A stretch of DNA of 64,000 bases from Selaginella moellendorffii (Eukaryota; Plantae; Lycopodiophyta): contig NW_003314262.1 in the NCBI RefSeq assembly GCF_000143415.4, positions 2,468,603 through 2,532,602 on the forward strand, written 5' to 3'. Position 1 is the first letter of the stretch. The number at the start of each line of letters is the position of its first letter. Positions 37,646-51,075 of the stretch are shown piece after piece. Under the pieces are notes generated by a model. The model did not search any database. It worked only from the letters and a program-made list of their open reading frames with translations, and was not told the DNA's origin. Position numbers and translations under genes: made by a program.

Positions 37646-37948
37646 TTAGTCGCGGTTGTCCTTGGATGGGCCTTGCCCGGGAGTGCTCTGATCCTTGACG
37701 AGCATCTCAACTCCGGATTGAGCCTTCCTGTTGTTGAGAAGATCCACGCTCGACGGTCTGTCCGGGCACTTCCCATCTTGGCTGTCGATACATTTCGAAG
37801 GACCTCCCGGAGTCTCACTGCCTTGCAGCGAGCTCCCAAGCTCGGCCTGGTGGTTCATCACCGAAAACGAGCCCAGCCTGGAGCAGTGGACGCTGCCGCT
37901 GATCAAAATCACGAACGCGATCGCGAGAAGTATCCTTCCGTGAGCCAT
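37646..37948 (-). CDS. Small secreted peptide precursor (100 aa)
   Basis: Signal peptide MAHGRILLAIAFVILISGSVHC; two TPG(Q)GPSK motifs, one near the C-terminus; TATA at ~38170. Confidence 0.65.
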   Translation of the reverse strand: MAHGRILLAIAFVILISGSVHCSRLGSFSVMNHQAELGSSLQGSETPGGPSKCIDSQDGKCPDRPSSVDLLNNRKAQSGVEMLVKDQSTPGQGPSKDNRD

Positions 37949-38429
37949 TTTCGTCCACTCCAGGAACAAATCTCTAGCTCTTTTCTTTGTGCTGCTGATA
38001 CGTTTGCTGCTGATACGTTCTTGCTGCTGATACTTGTGTTCCAAGAGAGTGATGATATCGTTGTATAAGAAACCAGGATCTCTTGTCAGGCGCTGTGTCC
38101 TTGCTCTGATACGATTCGATCGGATGAAGAACTGCTCAAGTTGTGTTCAGTGCTCGCGCCTCCAGTGTCTTATATACACAGAAGAAGTGTTCTTCCTCCA
38201 TCGGGCCTGGTAAACAGTCAATTCAGTGGCGCGTTTGCTCGTGAACCGGTTTGATTAGCTTCCGAGCGAGAAAAGCTCACACTCTTACATGGAACGAGTT
38301 ACAGCTTTTCAAAGTCAGCCTGTTGAAAGTTACACAAACAAAGTTAGCGGCGGGACTCCGGAGTCGCAACGCACGATCCGTTCAAAGTCTATAACACCAA
38401 CCATTACCTTTTCGTAAACACATGTGTTG

Positions 38430-40895
38430 TCAACACGGGTGTTCCTCCACAAATGCATCCTCCTCCCTCCCAACAGACGAGTAGCCACTTCTTTTCAAGA
38501 CCTTGTGCCTGCCCGTGACGGTTTCATCATGGTCGTGGTCGTGATCACTGCTGTGAGAGTCTTCCGCTGCTGCTGCTTGTCTGGCTTTTTGTTGAGCGGA
38601 CTTGCGCCAGACGTTTAGCGAGTGCACAATACTTTCCTGGAATATTGTCTTTTTGTAGTTTGTACCCATCTGCATCCACAATGTGATGAGTCAACGCGTT
38701 GCTTCTTCCATTGCCGTATACACTCGATCGGGAAAAAATTTAAGGAAAGCTACCTGAGTGACGAGAGCATAGAGGGGCAAGGTGCTGTAGCTACATAGGA
38801 ACTGTGCAAAGACCCTGCCATAGCAAATTTAAAGCGTCAGGCTGTTTTTTATTCGAGTGCCTTACCCCGAAATCAAGCGAGCATATACGTAGATGTATTT
38901 CTTATACGCTTGATCAGCCATGAGACAAGACTCGTATCCAAATTGCCACTGCAAAAAAACTCGCCAAAATGTAAACTTCAAATCTCAACACAGCAAATGT
39001 TACCAAAGTCCAAAGAAACGTTGCAAGCTCAAATGCATTCTGGACCAAGGAAATACAAAGTTACAAAACATACCAGAAGAAACCTTATCACGGACCTGGA
39101 AAAGTACGAAGTGGATAAGGAAGAGTAGAAGTTCCGGCTTACTGAACCAAAAGAGATTGTCCCGAGGCTTCAATGCCTGGCCAATGTAACGACCGCGAAT
39201 ACCAGCATTTTCCAGAGCAAGCGTTGCAATGATGTGCTGGAGCTTTGCTCCAACAAGAATTACCAGCTGCAAATCATCACTTGTTACATTATAAAGCTCG
39301 GGCTGGTGACAATACTTACAATCACTGGCAGAAACGCAAACCAGAAATACAAGTTTACACCTGTTGTTACAAACGTAAAGTTTAGACATGACAGCAATGG
39401 AGAAACTTACCATGTACGTTGATCAGCATAAAAACAATCACAAATATCCACAAGGGGAAGCTGCATTACAGAAAGCCTGAGCAAGGACAAATAACAACAG
39501 GATTTTTTACCTTATGCCCACAATCTCTTTGAATTCGTCTTCTACAGTTCGTATCATGTAGCTATGAAAATCGTACGATGTTCCCGTGTGATGATTCTGC
39601 ATGAGATGAACTCAGCTGAGTATCATTAAACCGGTTAATCTTGGCCTTACAGTTATGAAGCCTAAGCGCAAAGTCAAATAGTCGGCTCGTGTCACCGATT
39701 GTCCAAATTGTCGAAGAAAACAAACCTGCAGGAAAGTATGCAATTAGAAAAAGTCACAAGACTGACTAGATTGTTGGTTTCACATACGATCCACACTAGC
39801 AGCTTGTTTCTGCTCCATCTGCTGGAAGTATGATAAAGCACAAATGTGGATTGCCGTCTGAGAGTCAGTGTCTTTGTTATTTCTGAAACAAAAGAAGAAC
39901 GCTGTTACTAGTCAAGAAACTCAGGACATACTACCACTAAGACTGTCATGGCTTTCGGCGTGAGCTTCGTTTTCCCAGGAACTCCAGCTATATATCTATC
40001 TTGGAAGTAAGTCAGTACCATTAACAGAAACGAAACTCACATAGCACCTTCATCAGAGCGAGCAGCATAGTTAAGCAGCTGTAGACTACATGAGTCACTC
40101 CCAAAACAAAAATAAAACGGTGAAGCTGCTCGAGGCTTTCGAACGACACAAATGGTTCTTTCCCCTGCATCGAAAATCGTGAGAAGTTCCGAGGTTTTTA
40201 CTTGATCCTCACCTTGTGCACACAAGTGATCCCGAAACGAGAATTCAGTTGTCGCCTGGGATTGAGGTTGCCGAGCATCGCCGCGTGAATGCTGCCTTCC
40301 ATCTCGTGGCTGCTCGACTCTCGCTTGCATGGTGTAGGCATTCTGTCGTAGAAACTGGAATCCACACAGAACTGCGATATGTAGTTCTGTGTGACAGTGA
40401 GAACGAGAGAAATAAATCCCAGGACCATAAGTTCTGTAAAGCAAGAAAAACATTACAATGTGATATCAACCAAACGAGGAGATCACGTAGGCTATACCAT
40501 CTCTTATTTTTTCGAGCGCATGAAGCAAAGGCTTTCGTTTAGTCCTCTTGAGCCACTGCCAAAGAAAAAAATCGAGCAAAGATCAAAGATCTCGATCAAG
40601 AAAGAAGTCGCAAGCAGTAGAAAATTTATTAGAACAACGATCGCTGCCGCGACATGGTCACGAACAGGGAGAAAACAGGCATTAAATGCGAGGGAAGAAC
40701 GGGCAACACAAACAAATCGAGAAAGAAAGCATAAGAAATCCATTGCTCGCGACTTACATTGCCAAGACAATGGATGGATCGCTCCGCGCCGAGCGAGACG
40801 ATGACGAATCCAGTGCAAACCACCGATACGGCCCAGGTCGGGGTGAGATAGAGCGGCCGCTCCAGCAAATGCAGCTCCTCCTCATTCAGCGCCAT
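38430..40895 (-). CDS. MLO: MLO-family seven-transmembrane protein
   Basis: [73 protein letters not shown]. Confidence 0.93.
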
Positions 40896-41704
40896 GCCGG
40901 ATCGATCGAGCAAATCTGCAACTGCGCAAGAAAACCTAGCACGGCGGTCACACGGGAATGGGAATGCTTGGATTCGTCCTCGTCCTGTAAACTTATAGGA
41001 AGAAGTTCGCTCACACACAACTTGGGCTCATGTGAGTAGTACGAACAAACGTTTGACAAACGGCCACATTATGTGCCACATGGCCACGCGGGGGCAAGCG
41101 TACGGACGAATTAATATTCGGTGGAATTGTGGATCCAAGTCAAATTTGGTCAGTTTCTCGAGACGGGAAAATTTGTAAACACTTAGAAGTTCTAAACTCA
41201 CTGATTCTATGACTCACTGGATCGCGAAAGCATCTTTAACAATCCTTGATCCATTGTTAGTTTTCAAATTCGCGAGAGGCACTATATAGTCAAATGAATG
41301 AACGAACCTTGTCAAGGGCTAGATCAATCAATGGTTTGTCAAAGGTATTGCTGGCATGTAGCGAGAACATCACTCTCGTTTTCTTTTCTTTTTTCTCTGC
41401 TGGGCTACTGTGACAGCAAAAAGAACGATCAATGAATATGGTTGTTGATACAAAATTCAGATCAAACCTGACCGAGAGCATAGTATTTTATTTGTGGACC
41501 TCCCCGGGTCTTGGAAAAGTTTTGCCTCCCCTGGAAAGAGAAAATAAAGGCAAGAGGAGAAAGAGTGAGAATAGATCACTTTCATTGCGCCTTGTACTGC
41601 TTATGAACGGAATTGTTAGTACAGAAATCGACGAAAGAAAATTACTGGGAGTGTATGTTTGGCGTTTATGGTGTTGGACTTCTCCGAGGTTTTTTGACGC
41701 GGTA

Positions 41705-43021
41705 TCAAGCTGTCGCGGCATTCGCTTCCTGAAGGCCACAGACCATGTTTGCTGGAACGGCTACATCGATCATTTTGGGATAAGGCAGTCCCAAATCTGC
41801 ACACACACACACACAAAGTTATTCAAGTGTACGAGACCAGCAAGAAATCCACTTACTTTCCATAATCTTTACAAATGCTTCCTGCAAAATCGCAAGCCAA
41901 CGTCAGGAACACGCGAACTAAACAAAGGAAAATACCTCGTCCTTCGTAAGTCGAGTGTTGTGAAGCAGCTCTTCCCCCACGGTTGTAACCTTGAGAAAAA
42001 GAAAAAAAACGAGTTGTTAAGGGCGAGAATCGAAGAACATGATAGCTCGACTTACAGTATTCCCTTTATAGTCATGTGCAGGATACAATAAGGTGTCCTT
42101 CGGGAGCGAGAGGATCTGGCAGTGGAGCAGCAAATTCAATTTCCACCAAAAGGATAAGGCAATCATTCATACCTGAGAATGAACTGACTTGTACAGCTCT
42201 CTTGCATTACCTCCCTGCAAAGAAGGCAAAATCTTACTCAGAGATTCGAAGGGCAAAAAAACGAGAAATAAAACACCTGGAAATCCGTGCGACCACACCC
42301 TCTAACGAGCAAAGCGTCTCCTGTGAAAGCTATTCGTGGCGATGGCTGCCCTTCACCTTCTCCTGACACATACGTGACGCATCCTTGGGTATGTCCCGGT
42401 GTGGGACGAACCTGTGCAAATAAATCTTTGAGCTAAAAGCAGTGAAAAGAAAAAAATGCACCTCCAAATACAAGTTCCCGAAGTGTATCTTTTCTCCTGG
42501 CTCCACGAAAACATCCGCTTGTGCTTTGCTTGCCTTGGATATCAGGGATTTTGCACTCGGGAGTTTACTCTAAACAAGGAACCGTGATTAGAAGAAAGAA
42601 CGACAAAAGAAGAAAAAAGAGTACCTTCAGGAGACCCGTTCCAGTGACATGATCGGCGTGTACGTGAGTGTTCATCGCGTACTTGAGCTTTAGCCCAAGT
42701 TCCTTGATCAAGTTTACATCTCTATCGACGGTCTTGTCCACGGGATCTATCAGCTGGACGCTCCACAACTTAGCCACAAAAGAAGAAGAAAGGAAACACA
42801 AAAGAAGAAATATCTCTGTTTACCACTGCTGGCTTTTCTGGATGCCCAATGTCCGCAAGCAAATACGTGTAAGTACACGAGTCCTTCTCGAAGAGCTGTC
42901 GAAAGAGGAGAGGGGAATCCTGGTGCGTCGCAGTGGCCACCATCGTCGTCGATTTCAGCGCTCGCAAGTCGGGATTTCGAGAAAATCCTGCTCCCGGAGC
43001 CCAGAATCTCGCTGCAAGCAT
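41705..43021 (-). CDS. ETHE1: Persulfide dioxygenase ETHE1 / glyoxalase II-3 (metallo-beta-lactamase fold)
   Basis: [41 protein letters not shown]; start codon uncertain (43021 or ~42943). Confidence 0.9.
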
Positions 43022-43335
43022 ATAACGCTGGTGCAATGGCGCTCACAGATCGGCAGCGGCGGCGGGGAGCTAGCATTACCTGATCGCCGGTAGCGCGCGC
43101 CGCGACGGAGGTAGTGATCGATCGAGAGATAGTGCCTTTGTTCCAAAACCCTACCACCAATGCGGGTTCTTTGTCTTGTTCATAGTTTTTGCGTCGCGAT
43201 CTGTCCACATCAAAGATGCCAATAAAATGGCCACGCATTGTAGAACCATCGAGCGTAAGATAGTTTTCTATCCTCTCTATCTCTTCTATCGATTCTTACG
43301 AGTTCTTTCTCTCTTTTTTTGCGCTTTTTTTTTTC

Positions 43336-44887
43336 TCACGGTCCAGGCCGTGGTTGCTTCAAGAAGGAAGCTATGGTGTTGCCCAATCCCGCACCGATGG
43401 CCTGTGCCAATTGAGCTGCCTGCACCATTCCACTACCGCTCAGCAAAACCGGCCTAAACTTCCACGACTCCGAGAGCCTTTGCATTACCTCCTTGGCAGT
43501 TTTCCTACAATCGATCACGTCGATGATCCGGCGTTCCGTGAAAGTCCAAGTATCCCTAAATCCTGGAACCAAAAAATAGATCTGGTCGCGAAAACAAACT
43601 TGCGAGAGCGTTTAGACTTACCGGGAGAGTAATCTGTGAGCATGTAAACCTCTGCTGCTGTGTAGACTCCGCCGAGGATCGCTCGCTTGGAGTAGAAATC
43701 CCAGTCCGTGGATCTGTCTCCGACGGAGTGCCAGATCTCGTCCATTAGCACGGCTCGTTGTTTCATCGCGACAGGAAGGTTAATGGGATTCGCCTGGTAC
43801 AAAGAGAAAGGATAGAAGAGTTTAAAGCTTGGGAGAAGTGAGAACAACTTACTTGGATGCTCAAAGCTTGAGCCCACTTGGAAATATAAGGAGCTTGCAT
43901 CTCGAGACGAATGCGCATGACTTTCGCCAGTCTCTCGTGCAGCACCAGCTTCTCGAGCTCCTCACTTTGCTCTTCAACAGCGTCGGTAAGTTCGTCCAGC
44001 GATTCATCCATGAAGTACTGCTCAGCAACGGAGAGAGTATCTGTTGAGAAAACAAGAAACCTTTTGTTGAAAGACTTACTTCCACGAGAGCAGCTTCTTT
44101 CCTATGGAAGGCTCCAAGGATCGCAGGCGATAGATTTACGTCTCTTGCTCCCGCTGCAATGGCGGCCTCTGTCCATCCCAAAGTAGGCTGCAAAAGCATC
44201 ACAGCTCTTGAATTCTCTAGGAAGAATGGAAAAGCGAGTGTACATACAACATACGTAAGAGCCGCATTGAGAACACGCCGTTTCTCATCGTCCTCTTCTT
44301 TTTCTTTCTGCTTCTTGCTCTCGTGAGAAGCCTTGTGTTTATGTGACTCCTTCTCGTCTGCAAGAAAACAAACAGAAAAAGAATGGGAGCTCCAGATAGA
44401 ATGAAGGAAAACAACGCAGACCTTCAACGCCAGCGTCTTTGCCAGCGTCTTTGCACATGAAACGCACTGGCTGGAACGAAAACTCGCATCCGAGGCATTT
44501 CTCGCGCGTTAAGTTGGAGCCTGCAACAGTTCAGCTTACAGAATGACAACTCGGCATTTTAGTGCTTTCCCTAAAACTCTCGAAAAGAAGCTACCTCGAG
44601 TCCAGGGCTCTCTTGTAAAATACTTCCTCCTGGAAGAGCTGAAAAAAAGAACGAAGGTCAGAAAACAAAACCACACACCAAACGATTAAGAAGACCTGCT
44701 CAAACGATCAGCATTCCTTCCCAAAACCAAAGCTTCAAATGGAATCGCACAGCGATCAATTCCAGAGCTTGATTCCAATCTTCCAGTGGCCCTGAAGCGC
44801 ACAGGAATCAACCAAGAAGATCTCACTGCCGACAAGCACATACCACGAGAATCTGGACACGCGCTTGAGCGCCCGCACAAACGACAT
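43336..44887 (-). CDS. COQ9: Ubiquinone biosynthesis protein COQ9, mitochondrial
   Basis: LGWTEAAIAAGA, IWHSVGDRSTDWDFYSKRAILGGVY..E.YMLTD.SP.FRDTW.F; Arg-rich presequence MSFVRALKRVSRF. Confidence 0.88.
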
Positions 44888-44989
44888 TCCTCCCTCGCAA
44901 GCCCTAAACTCTTTTTACCCTTTGTCAAAAGCTAAGATGAATTGTTTCAAATGTAGGATCTTTTTAGGGCACAAAAAGCAGAAGTGTGG

Positions 44990-45043
44990 CACGTGGATGC
45001 CATGCACCAACAACGACATGCCGCTGCTGTGTCCTATAATAAA
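44990..45043 (+). promoter_or_regulatory. G-box/ABRE + RY element + TATA upstream of oleosin
   Basis: CACGTG at 44990-44995, CATGCA at 45001-45006, TATAAT at ~45035. Confidence 0.6.
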
Positions 45044-45122
45044 CCCCATGTCTCGCTAGAAAGAAGAAGACACTCTCTCGCAGTTCTAGCTCTCTCTTTC
45101 TCTCTCTCTCGGTCCAAATTCC

Positions 45123-45575
45123 ATGGCGGACAAGATGCAAAGCGGCGAGCGCAAGCTCCGCGAGCACTCGCCCAACGCGCGCCAGGTGCTAGGGCTCGTC
45201 GCGCTGCTCTTGGGCACGGTGGCGGTGCTGACGGTGGGCGGATTCATGCTGGGCGGCCTGGCGCTGGCGGTGGTGATCGGCATCCCCGTCTTCCTCTTCT
45301 TCAGCCCGGTGCTCGTCCCCCTGGGCATCGTCCTCTTCCTCGCGGTCTCGGGCATTGTCATCACCGGCGCCGCCATCCTCGCCTTCCTCTCCTCCGTGTC
45401 GTGGATTTACAACTACTTCAAGGGGAGGCATCCCGTCGGCTCCGACAAGATCGAGGCCGCGCGCCAGAGGCTCCTCGGCTCCGTACACCAGGCCACCGAG
45501 AAGGCCCGCGAGTACGGCAGCTACGCCGGCGGCAAGGCGCAGGAGGCGGCGCCGGGGGCTGCGCCAGGGGCGTAA
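45123..45575 (+). CDS. Oleosin
   Basis: Long hydrophobic hairpin with proline knot PVFLFFSPVLVP; SWIYNYFKGRHPVGSD. Confidence 0.95.
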   Translation: MADKMQSGERKLREHSPNARQVLGLVALLLGTVAVLTVGGFMLGGLALAVVIGIPVFLFFSPVLVPLGIVLFLAVSGIVITGAAILAFLSSVSWIYNYFKGRHPVGSDKIEAARQRLLGSVHQATEKAREYGSYAGGKAQEAAPGAAPGA

Positions 45576-46383
45576 ACCCCTCTCTGTACGGCCTTGTGTA
45601 CCGCCGGGGGCTTAAACCCCTCTGTACGGCCCTGGGTACGGTAGGACTATTCTATGTACGGACGGAATGTGCTAAATAACGTTCTTTTTCTTACTAAAGG
45701 CTTAGATTTTAGGGTTGTGGGATTTCTTTCGCCGCAAAGAGATTCGGTTGGCACAAGCAGTGTAAATGCGGGGCCTGGATTACGACGCTCGTCATTCATT
45801 TTCTACCCCACTTGAGTAATTACTATGATAGTTTTTCTTTTACGTGTTCTAGCTGGCCGCCGGACGAGACGACGACGGTGGGAGTTAAAAAAAAGTTGGC
45901 CCCAGGCAAGTAAATGTGGGCACGGACATTCAGGATTTTCGGGTAAATTCTCTCATTATGACGGGGACGGGTTAAACGGGCGGGCTCTCATCACAGGTTA
46001 AGGCGTGATTAGAACTAAACTGGAGGTTTTTTTGTTTTTATACAATGTAGCGGTCAGATTCACAAAGATCTTCGTTGTTCGTTTTGTCTTTGTTGACCTC
46101 TTGTACCTTGTCCTTGGATTTCTCCTCTCTCTTGATTTTTTTGGTGTAGTGTAGTTTTTCTAGAGCCCGGTTGTGTTCTTCGTGGATGTTCTCCTCGAGA
46201 GAACCTGAGTGCTATAAAAAAATCCCAAAAAGAACGAGATCTTGCATTAGCCAGCTTTATAAATCCGTGAAATCAAGCATACAAAGAGCTCAACTTTCTA
46301 CTTTGGAGGAACGACGAAAACTGGAAAAACAGGAGCTAACGACGAACAGGAAAGCATACCAACAGAGGAGAGTGAGGCACTCA

Positions 46384-47514
46384 CTACTTGGCGCGCCGCT
46401 TGGATTGGAGCTCGTCGAGCTGCGTGTGAAGATCTTTGAGAATTCGCCGGTGGACGTCCCGAGCCGAGGCTGCCGGAGTGGTGGTAGTCGGGTCCTTGGA
46501 AACTGGCGATGACTTGAAAGCTCGGTTGATCTCTTTGGCTGGAAGAATTTCCTCGGGATTCTTCTTCGGTGGCTCCTCGGTTTTGACGAGATCTTTCACT
46601 GGAAAGATCTCCTCAAGATCTTCACGGACGGTTTCCTGGACCGGATCGTGCAGCGAGACCTCGAGCAACTCATCGTCTGAGAATGGAACCGGAGGAGAGG
46701 ACTCGGCCGCCGGAGGTGGAGTCGCTGGAGCTTCTTCGTCCCAGATCGGTCCGCTTTTCGCTGGAATTTTCTCCGGGCCAGCAACGCTAACTTGTTCTAG
46801 AAGAGGCGCCTCCACTGTCTCTAACTCTGGCATATCGATCTCCTTCACCTCGATCGGAGCAACCTCGAGAACTTTCGATTCTGGAGCGACCAAAACCGGC
46901 TTTTCCTCTACCTCTTCCACTATTTCTACCAGAGTTCTACTGCTGACCTCTTCCAGAGTTTTAGGTGGAGCCGACTCCTCGAGCTTCGACCCGGCAAAGG
47001 CCACTGGAGGATGATCACGAACAGTCGAGGACGCAACACCATCTTCTTCTCCGCTCTTCTTCTTGCTCTCGACCGGAGGAGCTGCCGGTTCTCCAGCAAG
47101 AGGCTTAAGTTCTCCGGCCTTGAAAACTTCGTCCACCCAGGAAGCAAGCTTGATCTTCCACTCCTCAATCACTTCCATCCAGGTCGCGCCGGAGCCATCC
47201 ACCTCCGATCGTCTCCGCTTCACAGCCACGGCCTCGTTGCTCGCCTGGCTCCAGTCTCCATACGGCCAGCTCTCGTCCATGACGCTGGGAATGGACTTCT
47301 CCCCCTTGGCCCATCGCTCGCGCTCCTCCGTGGTCTCCTCCAACCTCGGCTTCATGCTGATGAGCGCGATGATGAACAAAGTGGTGGAAATGAGCAGCGG
47401 CGAGAAGTAGAGCAGGATGTGGAACAGCGAGGGCGTGAGCAGCAACAAAATGGATCCGCACACCAGTGGATGATTCCACATGATGTCGAAAACGGCCGAG
47501 AACTGGAAACCCAT
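46384..47514 (-). CDS. Uncharacterised protein: N-terminal TM hairpin + long acidic, Pro-rich disordered region
   Basis: 376 aa ORF with HPLVCGSILLL..FSPLLISTTLFIIAL and coding-like GC bias. Confidence 0.75.
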   Translation of the reverse strand: MGFQFSAVFDIMWNHPLVCGSILLLLTPSLFHILLYFSPLLISTTLFIIALISMKPRLEETTEERERWAKGEKSIPSVMDESWPYGDWSQASNEAVAVKRRRSEVDGSGATWMEVIEEWKIKLASWVDEVFKAGELKPLAGEPAAPPVESKKKSGEEDGVASSTVRDHPPVAFAGSKLEESAPPKTLEEVSSRTLVEIVEEVEEKPVLVAPESKVLEVAPIEVKEIDMPELETVEAPLLEQVSVAGPEKIPAKSGPIWDEEAPATPPPAAESSPPVPFSDDELLEVSLHDPVQETVREDLEEIFPVKDLVKTEEPPKKNPEEILPAKEINRAFKSSPVSKDPTTTTPAASARDVHRRILKDLHTQLDELQSKRRAK

Positions 47515-48271
47515 CGGAGATCGATATGAGCAGTCGATGATGAGCTACTTATCTGTGAGTTCTCCGCAGCAGTGAGAATCCCTCCACTGTTTTTCTCTTT
47601 TTTTTTTCCTCCTTGATGATGCTGTGCTCTGCGACACTCAAGAGAGAATGAGAGGAGCTTGCGAGTAAAAAAAGACTACTATACCTTTCAAGGAGGGCCC
47701 AATGGGACTAAATAGTCAGGATGCCTGTGAGTGATGTGAGTGAGCGGCTCAAAATCGAGTTTTGGCCAGCTCGCACGGAACAGGTACGGTGCTTGTCTTG
47801 TTCTCTGTGCACACGAGTCGAGCTCTTCCTCTCTTAGTGTACCTCGAAACCACGACAACTTTTTAAAAAACTTCTCTTTTTTTTGCGCTTGGATCGATCG
47901 ATCGAGTAGGAGTAGGAGGCTACGTACCTGTTGGATTGATCCTTGATTTGAGTGTCTTGGATCTCCGCTACCTCCACAATTGCCGTGCTTCACGCTGCAA
48001 AACATTCAAAGTGAGAAAGAGAGTAAAGAAAATGGAGATAGAACAAGCGAAAGGGAGTGAAAAGCTTTCACTGGCATTTGCCTAACCCAAGAATCGACAG
48101 CTTCTCTCGATAGCTTGCCTAAAGAACGAAAGAAAAAAAAAAACAAACAAAGCATGGATGGATGCGATGTATACTCTCTCCACCAAAACAAAGAAAGCTA
48201 AGACCTACCTACAAACAAACCGCCTCGAGGAACGAAACAAATGGAACAAAGAATTCTTCCATTTGTCCCAC

Positions 48272-48440
48272 CTGAGAATCGCAATGGGAGCATTCGATCC
48301 TCGCTCCAAGGAAGAACTTGCGCTTATTTCGATCCATCATCTGAGAATCACAATGCGGGGATCGATAATCGCTTGCTCCAAGGAAGAAATCGCGCTTACC
48401 TCGATCGATCATCCATCGCCCTACAGAATGCGGGCATTCC
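48272..48440. repeat. ~69-bp tandem repeat (2+ copies) upstream of PRP43
   Basis: ctgagaatc.caatg...gctccaaggaagaa.t.gcgctta at 48272 and 48341, plus a partial third unit. Confidence 0.7.
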
Positions 48441-48535
48441 AGCTCACTCCCTCAAAGGGAAAGAAAAAGAAAGGAGAATTTAGGGTTTACCGGGGATTTT
48501 TTAGGGTTAGGTCTTGTGTGTGTGAGCTCTCGGCG

Positions 48536-51075
<2,540 letters not shown>

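Noticed and set aside
41432-42091. 219-aa plus-strand ORF
   Set aside because: Antisense to ETHE1 exons, introns and 3'UTR, with non-protein-like composition
31344-44887. Metabolic gene cluster (E2, SAMS, ETHE1, COQ9)
   Set aside because: Products act in different compartments and pathways and are interleaved with unrelated genes; adjacency alone is not evidence
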